From Callorhinchus milii (Eukaryota), in contig NW_024704747.1 in the NCBI RefSeq assembly GCF_018977255.1, positions 30,690,001 through 30,754,000 on the forward strand: a stretch of 64,000 nt of DNA, written 5' to 3'. How positions within the stretch are numbered: the first letter of the stretch is position 1; the number at the start of each line of letters is the position of its first letter. Positions 24,413 through 36,400 of this stretch are shown here, one piece after another. The notes under the pieces were generated by a model. The model did not search any database. It saw only the letters and a program-made list of their open reading frames with translations, and was not told where the DNA came from. The position numbers and the translations under genes were made by a program.

Positions 24413-27400
24413 GTAAGTGGAACCAGACAGACTGGAACAGCAAAGCCTTGTTGTGTTGTGTGTTGTGCTCTGTATAGCAAGTAACGGTACTCAGAGCCGA
24501 CATTGTGAGAGCATTGCTGGCAAAGCTCTTAGTTATTTAAGGGAATAGTTAAATGCATAAGAATATTTTAGTGTGAGATGAACTTTCTCATAAAGTAGCA
24601 AATTGGAAAATAATTCACAAACTACGCAATGATTAATAAGGTTACATGTATGTCTATAAGAAAAAATAAGTTTATTTTATCTATTGTAAAACAAACCTTA
24701 AATGTTTCTCCAAAACTTTTTTTTATGGCTTTGGTTAGTTGAATATGAAAACTCGACAAAACAACAAAAGTTACTTTAATTTTATGAATTAACGTTAGCA
24801 AAATAATTAATTGCGAATTGTTTTCCCTTCATTTTTCTTTTTTTCAATAATCTTTGCTGTGATCTCTCGTCACAAAGTACATTTTGACTCAAGTGTTTGT
24901 CTGTTATAACAAAATGAACAGTTGTATGTGTGTCTGTGTGTGTGGGGGTATATGTTTGTGTGTGTGTGTGGGGGGGTACATGTTTGTAAATGTGTGTGTG
25001 TGGGGGGTATATATGTATGTGTGTGTGTGGGGGTATATATATATGTGTGTGTGGGGGGGGTATATGTTTGTATGTGTGTGTGTGGGGGCGTATATGTTTG
25101 TATGTGTGTGGGGGGTATATGTTTGTATGTGTGTGTGTGGGGGGGTATATGTTTGTATGTGTGTGGGGGGGTATATGTTTGTATGTGTGTGGGGGGGTAT
25201 AAGTTTGTGTGTGTGTGTGGGGGCGTATATGTTTGTATGTGTGTGTGTGGGGGGGTATATGTTTGTNNNNNNNNNNNNNNNNNNNNNNNNNNNNNNNNNN
25301 NNNNNNNNNNNNNNNNNNNNNNNNNNNNNNNNNNNNNNNNNNNNNNNNNNNNNNNNNNNNNNNNNNNNNNNNNNNNNNNNNNNNNNNNNNNNNNNNNNNN
25401 NNNNNNNNNNNNTTGCTCCGCAGTTTAGCGAATGCAAATTAGACTGAATGCCCTTTTGGTGTGTAATACAGTGACGAACAATACTCTTGGGAAGTGGGAA
25501 TACTTTGCCACCCATCGGAATGACATTCCTGTGTCCACTTTTGTTTAAAAAAATCGTTTAACATCGATTTTAATTTATTTTTCATGTCCCCCCGTCACCC
25601 CCCGCCCCCTCCCCTCCTCTCAGGGACCACACCCCACTATTCCAGCGCAGAAGAAGCTTTAAACTCCAACTGAAATGTTTGCTGATTTCTCTCTGATATC
25701 CAGGACGCAGTTGGTTTTGCCGTCTGTGTGTTGAACAGTATGTAATGTGTGAAGCTGTTGGTGATTGCACAGCTCAGTGCCACAGTATCTGCTCATTTAC
25801 CTACTGTAACCTCAGGCCTGTGGGGGGGGGGCAGCATAAAGTGTGCACCACCATATGATTAAGTGCCTCTTAGAGTTGGCTTACATCTCTCCCAACTAAC
25901 CATTACTAATCCACATTAATACCTTACTTATCCTTGTTACTGACTGACTTTAGTTTGCAAAGCAGACTCTCACTCGGTGCTTTATTACTGTCTCTTGGAA
26001 ATCTAGCACACTGCGTTATATCGCTTTCCACTGCCGTTGTGTACCAGCTCTAGAATATCCGTTTGATTGCTTCAGTTAATTGAACGTTGTCTTCATATGC
26101 TTTAGAATAATCCTTGCATTTTTATACAGCGCCTTATTGCGCCGTTGAGATGTCTCAAAGCGCTTCACAGAATGTACTGTGAAGTGTAATGACTGCATTT
26201 TGTAATCTTAATTGATTAATGTTTTTAATGGCAGGTTCCAGATTAAACTGAATGAAAACACCCTCCCGATGTGAAAGGCACATGTAATTTGTTGTTGTTA
26301 TGTTGCGAATATGAGTAAATAATATGGGTCCTTCTGCCTCGTTTCTGGCACAGATGATAAATACTGACTAAACAAGTCTCTCCACTAAATTGATCTTCAT
26401 ATTAATACCATGTTGCATTGAATCAAGAAATTGTTGTTCCTTAACAAAACCAAATGATGTTCGCTCAATTCTAGATGCCATCTATGGGTTGGCCATTGTC
26501 ACAGTAAAGTTCTGGCTTTGAAAGATGAAAGTAATTCTGAATATTGTACAGTTCTCTGAGTTCCAGGAAGATTGCTTTGTGAATATGATGACAAGTGCGG
26601 TGTTGTATTAAGACAAGATCGAGCTATGATTGTGTAGCTGGAATTGGGAATTCTTGAAATGTTCAATTTAGTGTGTGAATGCTCCCCTGTGTTGCCACAT
26701 GGTTTTTGCCAACAAAAATATTTTTGAATGGGTCTGAGTAATAAAAGGAACAGAAACCTTTCCTGAGAAGATTATAAGATGCTCTCAATTACCAAAAGCA
26801 GTTTTACACATGCAGATCGTGTTTGTTTTTCCTGCAGATAAAGGGATGTTTATTCTGCAGAGTGAGCATCTCAGTAAATGTATCAATGTGGTCAACCTGA
26901 AGCTCGGTCTTGAAGAATGTAACCAGCGGTCAGACAGCATGCTGTGGAAATGGGTCTCCAAACATCGTCTCTTCCATGTAAACAGCAGCATGTGTCTTGG
27001 ACTTAATATCATTAATCATCAGCAGCCTCTCAAGCTGTTTCAGTGTGATTCCCCAGTAGGGGTGTTGTGGTGGAGATGCAATGGGAAAGTATTGATTGGT
27101 GCAACTCAATACAAACTGTCTGTTGGCCAAGGAGAGCGTATTGTGGCAGACAGGATTGTGTATGACAGATGGAAGTTATACCTGACACAAGATAAAGGAC
27201 CATGTGAACACACCTACCAAGGTACGTAAATCCTAAAACAACACCATTCACATCGTGCAAAACTGCTTGGAAATGATGGGCTTCTCAAACCTCAGATTCA
27301 ACTTCCAAATGATTAGAGTTGTTAATAGTTGTTATTTAAAAAACTTTTTTTAATATAACAAACACATAAAAATGAAATTAGAAAACGACATTTCTTGAAT

Positions 27401-30400
27401 TTTTTAAACAAGTTTCTTCAAAAATAGTTTTGCCACCTTTTCCAATTACAGATCACGAGTACTTTACTCATTACTTTATTCCCTCCCACACTATTCTATT
27501 CCTCTCTCCCTCATGTGAAGATCTAGCTTCCTCCTGAATGCATCTGCACGCTCTGATTAAACACCACTTCAGGCAGCGAGTTCCACAATCTCACTACCCT
27601 CTGTGTAAAATAGTTCCTCCTAAATTCTCTTTTAGATCCCCAGTTGCTATCTTATATCTGCGTCCCCTGGTTACACAAGTGTAAGGTAATGACTCGGGGA
27701 TCAAACCTGTTCTTAAATTCATAAATAGCTTAAAGAACAAAAGCAAATTGTATTTGCCTGCAAGGTTCTGTTGATGGGCTTAGTTGAGGAAGGGCAGGAG
27801 GAGGCTCATGTGGAGCATAAACACCGGCAAAGACCAGTTGGGCTGAATGGCCTGTTTGTGTGCTGATTATTCTATGTCATTGTATCTGGTTCAGTGAAGG
27901 AACTATGTTAATCCGCTATTCCTCCTATTCTCTCAGTAAAACACAAATCTCTAGTGCTAAAAGTAAACAATGTTGATATAAAATTTCTCGATCTTGTATT
28001 TTTTCAGAAATTCACACAGTGCTTGGGAACTCCCGTGGGCTGCCTTGTGCTTTGCCGTTTAAATACAACAATCAATGGTACCATGAGTGCACCAGTGAAG
28101 GCAGAGAGGACAGCCTGCTCTGGTGTGCAACTGCCACCAATTATGATCGTGAACAAAAATGGGGGTTTTGCCCCAATTCAGGTAAGCCATGAAATATTTT
28201 TGCAAAGTTATTTTGCAGCAGCAAATTTCCAACTTTGTACATTTTGACCACCTTATTTATCATTGTTTTGTTTCTTTCTTGTTGCAGATCCAGGCTGTGA
28301 ATTTGTGTGGGAGAAGAATCCCATTTCACAAACTTGCTACCAGTTTAATTCCCTATCTCTTCTCTCTTGGAATGAGGCCCATGATTCATGTCAAGCACAA
28401 GGAGGGGATTTGCTAAGCATTAGTGATCTTACAGAACAGACGTATCTCAGTGGTGAGTTAGTAAACGCTTTAGCGAGTTGCAAACTATGCTTTGGCTCCT
28501 CATTTACAAAAAAAAACTATTCAGCTATATTTATGCCACAACTTGAGCCAATATTGTCAGCTGTTATCCATCTACAATTAATTGTATGAAGGTTATAATT
28601 GTTTGTTTCATGAAAAAAAGAATGCTTGGTCGATTGCTTTGGTCATGCATAAACTTGTAAATACTTATTTTTTGACCTTACATTTAGGCCAAATCTGCTT
28701 TAGTTTTGAGAAAATTATGTAATCTTTAATAAAGTTTATATAAATATATTAGCAAAAATGTTTTGTTTCAAAATCTTGTATCTTTGTGGTTCCAGCTGTT
28801 ATAGCAGTGTAAAACCCTGGAAGTGTTTTCTGAATGGCATAAATCAACAGATTTGGGACGTTAATTTGTTGTTGTTGGTGGTGGTTTAGCTTCTTTCATG
28901 TTTAACCTTGATGTGAGATGTGAACTTTCAAAGGAAGTTGTATTGAAAATTAAGTTTCTCTAATAAATGGTCTCGCCAGCGATTGCTTCAGCTGTAACCC
29001 TTTGTTGCAGATCGTTTACAGAATACCATGATTCTGGCGTGGATAGGACTCAATCAATTGGATGAACTTGCTGGGTGGCAGTGGTCAGATGGAGAACACT
29101 TGAGCTTTGTAAATTGGGATATAGGTATGTAATGTTTCCACGCAATTGGCTGCCACGTTCGCCCACAAATATACAGTCAATTCACTTTACAGTGTGTTCT
29201 GTGAAGCGCTTTGGGACGTCCTCCCGACGTGAAAAGCGCTATATCAAATGCAAGGATTATTATTATTATTATTATTATTAATGTTTCCACGCAATTGGCT
29301 GCCACGTTTCGCCCACAAAATATACAGTCAATTCACTTTACAGTATATTCTGTGAAGCGCTTTAAGATGTCTCAGTGACATGATAAGGTGCCATGTCAAA
29401 TGCAAGGATTATTACTGTTTATTATTATCTTTGAATGAACATTCTCTTCTCTCAATTTGTGTTTCAGTTGCGTACACTTGATTGACATGTAGGAGTACAA
29501 AGGTGGATTATTTAAAAATATGTTCAGATGTCTACTGCTTGAAGTAAAAGTGGAGAATAATCCTAATTGTCTCTGTTTTACTACTGTGTATTACAGATCA
29601 ACCTCAGGGCTCAGTGCTTGGAAATTATCACTGTGGGATCCTCAGTTCTAAATTTGATAGCCGTTGGCGTAGTTTCAAATGTGAGACAGCTCTGCCGTAC
29701 ATCTGTAAGAAAACCATCAACTCGACAAGAAAAGTGGAACCTTTCGGTAAGTTATTTGAATGAACATATTAATTTAATCTTAATAGACCATCAGGTGCTG
29801 GATGTAAAAACAAGGGATGTTAAGCAATAAAATGTCAGCTCAAAACAAAACAGTTGAGGCTTCGTAAGTTACATCAACAGTTGCTTCAAAAAATAATAAT
29901 TGGGTCACTCAATCCACAATGTCTGTGGGATGCTGCTGTGCAATTGGCTGCTGCGTTTCGACCACAAAAATATACAGTCAATTAACTTTACAGTATATTC
30001 TGTAAAGCACTTTGGGATGTCTCGAAGATGTGTTAAGTCGCTGTATCAAATGCAAGAATTATTATTATAGGTTGATTATATCCTGCATCTTTTATTCTAA
30101 AACTCCATTGATTGATTGCAGGTTTGTACTTAAATTGGAGAATTGGAGATTTTCTATTGATTTTTTTTCTCTGGACTTGCCTTTGTTTACCTCACTCCTC
30201 AGGTCACTGAAACTCTTGTTCATGTCTTCATCACCTCCAGGCTCAACTATGCAAACGCTCTGCTTGTTGGCCTTCCCAACTCCTCCCTCCACAGGCTGAC
30301 GATAATCCAGAACTCTGCAGCCGTGTCCTCTCCCACACCAAACTCCGTGACCCCATCTCCCCCACTCTCACCTCACTCCATTGGCTCCCTATCCTTCAGA

Positions 30401-33400
30401 GTATCCAGTTCAAGATCCTGGTCCTCACCTACAAAGCCCTCCATGGCCTCACCGCACCCTATCTCTGTGACCTCCTAACCCCCTACCAACCCGCCCGTTC
30501 CCTCCGCTCAGCTGGCTCTGGCTGCTCCACGTCCCCCACCCACCCACCCCATCATTGGCGGGAGAGCCTTCAGCTACTCTGCCCCCAATCTCTGGAACTC
30601 CATCCCCCAATCACTCCACTTCGCCCCCCCCTCCCCCCCCTTAGCCTCCTTCAAGTCCCGCCTCAAGACCCTCCTCTTTGACCATGCCACCGGCCACCTC
30701 CCCTCCCCTCCCTTCCCCCCCACTGACCCCAGCTCGGGTCTGAAATGCTGTCACTGTCCAACGCCTTGGGACGTCCTCCCGACATGAAAGGCGCTATACA
30801 AATGTAATCTTGTTGTTGTTGATGAATATTCTGTTGTATTTCTATCCTTGAGTGTTTAAGGTAATAGTGTAATAGTGGTTCTCAGACTATGTTACTGCCA
30901 TGCAGATTGTAGAATACATTGGTTGCTCACAGTACTAATGTTCTGAATGACAGAATTCTGGCAGTACAGGCCTACGCAATGTGAATCTGGATGGTTTCCT
31001 CACAACGGCTTCTGCTACAAACTGTATAAAGAAGATTTAAGCTGGAAGAATGCTCTAACATCCTGTCGTTTAAATGGTAGTCAACTCATTAACATCCGTG
31101 CCCTAGCAGATGTGGCATTTCTCATCACCCAGTTTAGAAATGGTGAGTATTCATAAATGTTATAAAAATATGATATGTGGCATATATGGCGTATTATTTC
31201 ATTGTTCTCTTATTTTTAATTAATAATCAGAAAGAAGCTATTTAATTTTCAAATGATCAATGTGTTTTCTGTGAGCAAAACTCGAAGGCGTTCAATGCAA
31301 TTGAAAGCACATTTCTTTCCCTGGAAGTTTGACCACTTTGTTTATTTTCTCTGCTGGTTGGTGACATGTCTAATTGATTTTCCTCCCATCGAGCAGTATT
31401 TTGGCATCGCAGCAACCAACTGCTCACTCCACTGGAGACGTAAGTTGTGATTTTTTTTGAAAAAAACACATTTTTGCTAAATTGAGAACAGTCAGGAAAA
31501 ACAGATATACTTAAGTGTTGGTGAACTGTATTTAAGAAATCTATGCACTGTTAGTTAAGTATTGTCCTCTCACTGCTGAGATCCTAGTTCAAATCCAGCC
31601 CAGATATATGGACTGAGTGTGACCTCTCACATTTTTGTGGATGAACCAAGATTTTGTTTCACTCCTCGTTCTCCTAATGGGAATAGTTGTTTAGAATTTG
31701 AATTCTCTGAATTCTTTCTGTGTTGGCATTGGAAGGATTAAATGTATGTTTATTGAATGATTTGCAACTTGATGTCCAGCCAGAGTGGTGGGGGGTGGAG
31801 TTTGTGCAGCGACTGAGCAATTCAAGTTGAACTAAATAGTTTAACCTTGGGACGTCCTCCTGATGTGAAAGGCGCTGTATAATAAATCAAATAGGGAAAT
31901 CAGAAGAAACTTCTTTACCCAGAGAGTGGTGGGAATGTGGAACTTGCTGCCACAAAGAGTAGTTGAGGCTAATAGCATCGATGCATTTAAGGGGAAATTA
32001 GATAAGTACATGAGAGAGAAAGGAATAGAAGGTTCTGCTGATCGGCTTAGTTGAGGAAGGGCAGGAGGAGGCTTATGTGGAGAATAAATGACAGCATTGA
32101 CCAGTTGGGCCGAATGGCCTGGTTCTGTGCTGTATATTCTATGTAATGTAACTTTGGATTGCAAATTCCAATTGTAAAAAATGTTGCCCTCCTAGTGACT
32201 TGTTTAGTGAGGGATCTTTTAACTCTGGACCGAATGATTGCTTGGACTTGGACATAGAAAACCTATGGTCAATCATCAGCTTCAGCATCTTGACAGTCAT
32301 TCAGAGAATAGGGAAAAGGATGATAAAGGCACTGCCGTTTCAAGGTGAATGTTATTATTCTGACTCCCTGTGTTGTATTGAAGGAACATATTCTGTTTCT
32401 TTCAGAAACTGTAGCCGAGGTGTGGACAGGACTTGCCAATCCCAGAACCCCAGCTGTGTTTACATGGTCAGAAGGATCTCCGGTGACGTTCACTTACTGG
32501 CATAGGAATGAACCAAATGTTCCATTTAACACCACAAAACACTGTGTGTCATCAGTGAGAACTGTAAATACACTTACTAATCTTGAATGATTGTTTTGCT
32601 ATCTACCCACAAACCATGCAAGTGCTGCTTAAGAGATAATAACCCTTCTGTTAGCCTAATAATCCATGCTGTTAAAACCTTTAGAAACCTCATTATTTTC
32701 AACACCTTACAGATACTTTTTAAAACCGAATATGTTTTTAAATTTGAAGACTCCTACTTTTTTCACACTTTAAATCCCCTTCAATTGATGATTTTAACAG
32801 CCATCTATTGTAATCACCAAATTGATCTTCATGGCAAAGTTATCACGGACAGTGTATATCAATTACAAAACTAACAACATGAACAAACAGGAGGAGTGTT
32901 GTCTCTTTAAGACCATTTACAAAGTTATGATTTGTTTTTAGAGGAACATTCAGCCAGGGTTCCCTCTCCTGATACCTTTAAGTGCCCAATGTTAGACAGT
33001 GATGGTGTGGTGAGAACAAGTTCAGTCTGGATGCTGATGTAGGTTTGGATAGCCGGCCAGCATTCACTTTCTGGGTTGAGGTATAAAGAATGACGAAACT
33101 GCCAGCAACTGTGCTGCTATTCTCAACAACAGTGAATACCTTCAGGCATGGCAAAAGGCCAACAAATTAGACTGAAAAAAATTCTCTAATCTGATCCCCC
33201 AAAATATTGCATCCTTTCAATCCTGTTCTTCCAGTTCATGTGAACTTTGTGGTGTTTTTACAAACTGGTATTGATTGATTTTTAGGTATCGGTTGATTTT
33301 TGATTGAAATGTTCCATGCTCTTAATATCATTGTAAATCTATTGTGCTCTTCAATTCTAACTGCAGTCAGGTGTACGCTCTAGGAATTAAATGCCGTTTG

Positions 33401-36400
33401 GGGGGTTTCCAGGCTCGACTATGCAAACGCCCTGCTTGTCGGCCTTCCCAACTCCTCCCTCCACGGGCTGCAGATAATCCAGAGCTCTGCAGCCCGTGTC
33501 CTTTCCCGTACCAAACTACATGACCCCATCTCCCCCATTCTTGCCCGACTCCATTGGCTCCCTATCCTGCAGAAGATCCAGTTCAAGATCCTGGTCCTCA
33601 CCTACAAAGCCCTCCATGGCCTCGTCCCACCCTACCTCTACGACCTTCTAACCCCCTACCAACCCGCCCGCTCCCTCCGCTCAGCCGGCTCTGGCCTGCT
33701 CCACGTCCGACCCACCCATCCCACTATTGGCAGGAGAGCCTTCAGCCACTCTGCCCCCAACCTCTGGAACTCCATCCCCCAGTCACCACGCCTCGCCCCC
33801 TCCTTAGCCTCCTTCCCGCCTCAAGACCCTCCTCTTCGACCATGCCATCGGTCATCCCACTTCCCCTCACATCTCCCCCCTGATCCCAGCTCGGGTCTGA
33901 AATGCTGTCACTGTCCAGTACCTTGGGACGTCCTTCCAATGTGAAAGGCGCTATACAAATGTAATCTTGTTGTTGTTGTTTCTAATTTTAACTTGAAGCC
34001 AGTGCTGTAAATTCATGAAGCAACTAGTTATTCTTTGGAGTCAAATAATAAATATCAAGGATACAGTTGTAAAACATCTGGACTAATGCTGGTTAGTAAA
34101 GGCTGTGCAGCAAATGTGCTGCTCTTCAACAGTCAGCACAGAGGGCTATATAACAGTGTTGTTCTTGCTTTGTAGGTGTATAATATAGTAAATTAAATGC
34201 TTTACATTCATCTGTGATAATACGGCATAGTCTGTTCTCAAAGTTCAGTCATATTGCAAAGCTTTTCAATTGTTTTAGGTTTACGTTTATTCGTGAATCT
34301 CATCTTACAGCCTCTATATTTTAAACTATAAGATTGCTATCATTTAAAAAACTGTTTTGTACCATTATTCAACCACAGAGGATGACAGATCCAGTGAGGT
34401 CTGTACACTTAGGTGTTCACAACATAGAAGTTCAGAAATATTTTAAAAACTTTGGAGCTGCTATATTTAATCCATTATCAAAAGATAATTATGTTTTTTT
34501 AATTGAAAGAACGGTCAATGGAAAGTTACAGATTGTGAAGAAAAGCTGAATTACATCTGCAAGAAGCCAGGAGAGGTGGAGGAAGGACAACTCAGGAACG
34601 ATAAAGGCTGCCCTCAGGTGAGACATATCCAATCCATGTTATTCGACAGTTGATGGGATGTGGTATTGAGATGTGACAATTATCACAAGGGCACAACTGC
34701 AGTCATTGTATGTGCTTTATCAACCTGTCCCAATGAGATGTTTGGGAACCACACAACCCACTGACCCAAAGAGATTGGCTTCTCTCTCCCATCAGGTCAG
34801 AGTTCAATGTGATATTCATATTTTTATAAGTTAGCAAGATCATTAAAATCATTATTCCTGGCCGAGTTCAGCCTTTTAACTTTTAATCTTAAATGATAAC
34901 TTGAATTGCAAAGCAGGATACGTTGCAGCAGGATTGAATCACTGCTCCCACAAGTTGAGAACTATTTCAGCCCATCGATCTTCATTGTGGAGATCAGCAT
35001 GAATCTGTTCGCTATTCTCTTCAGACGTTTGAGATTTACCAACAAACTCCATATGTATCTGTTTGACATTGTACACTGTGAGTCTAAGCACTTACATATA
35101 TTTCAGGAGTGGAAACGATTTGGAGAATTCTGCTACACTATTGATAGTCAATTACAAAGTTATGAAGATGCTTCGAAAGGATATTCTTGTTCATTGGTGA
35201 CCATTTTGGACAGGTAAACAATCATTCTTAGACAAACTGTTTAGGGAGGAGTAGGTTACATCAAGATGAATAATGTCAACCTGTAAATCTCTATTACTCT
35301 TCAGTCCAGAAGGGTTTTTGTACATGAACAGTTGCCTTATGCCACTGAATTCATTTACGTTTCAGTTGGTGCAGGTAAAGTATTATTTTAGTGACAGGTT
35401 TCCTTGAAAACATACTAATAACCATGGAACATGTTATTAAGTTAAGATTATTTATTTATCGAGGTTGTTATCCAGCATTTAAAGCTAGAAATAAACTAAT
35501 ATATTGTAATCAAAAATATGAATGTATCATAAATGAAAAATGATGTCACATTAATCTCCCTTACAATTATAGAAATCTTTGTAAAAGTTGCACATTTACT
35601 TCCATATCCAGCTGTGGCTTGTCTCCATAGGTTTGAACAAAGCTTCATAAACAGTCTGATCAATAATTTTGCCAGAGAAGAGAACAAGTATTTCTGGACA
35701 GGTCTCCAGGATAGGAATCGCACAGGAGAATACACCTGGCTAACCACAGCCGGGAAACACAAATCCGTATTGTACACAAACTGGAACAGAAATCAACCAG
35801 GTAGCTGAGCAAGATATAATGATAATAAAAATAATAATAGATAATTAAAGATTCACCTTTAACTATAGATTAGTGATTAGCAGCTGCACTGGTCATATAT
35901 GAAGTGTATATGTTTTGAATATCGATATTTAGAAGATTTGTAAAATGCTTTGCATTTTAAGGAAGGTTATAAAACAGTACAATGTTATTATGGTATCAAT
36001 CTCTTCAGCAGCAAAGTTGGTTATGACTTCTGTTTTTCTCTCTCTCTGTCGGTTTCATTCTATTTGTTGTGAATTCCCTTTGCCTTCCAGCTGCTTCTGG
36101 TGGTTGTGTTGTGATGGCGAAAGGGAAATATTTTAACTTTTGGGAAGTTAAAGATTGCATAACCTTCAAAGCTGCTGCTATGTGCAAGCGAGAAGCTGGG
36201 CCTCACACAGAACCAACACCCACCCCGGATCAACACCACACGCTGGAAGCTAAATGTCCTTTTGGCTGGGAATCCAGGCCAGATATTCACAACTGCTTCA
36301 AGGTGAGAACATTTATTCTAAGTGACATATTTTAGCTAAAAATGGGTTTAGCCCGCTGGGTGTAGTGGAAAAAGTTGGTGCTTGTGGTTAGGAAGCTCTC

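Noticed and set aside
24884-25515. Long ORFs rich in VC/TH dipeptides (also 12815-13129, 59688-60090, 62197-62719)
   Set aside because: Translations of microsatellites and N gaps.
31560-31630. LF-SINE-like head fragment (gttcaaatccagcccag)
   Set aside because: The match is short and recalled from memory; it needs a profile search before it can be called.
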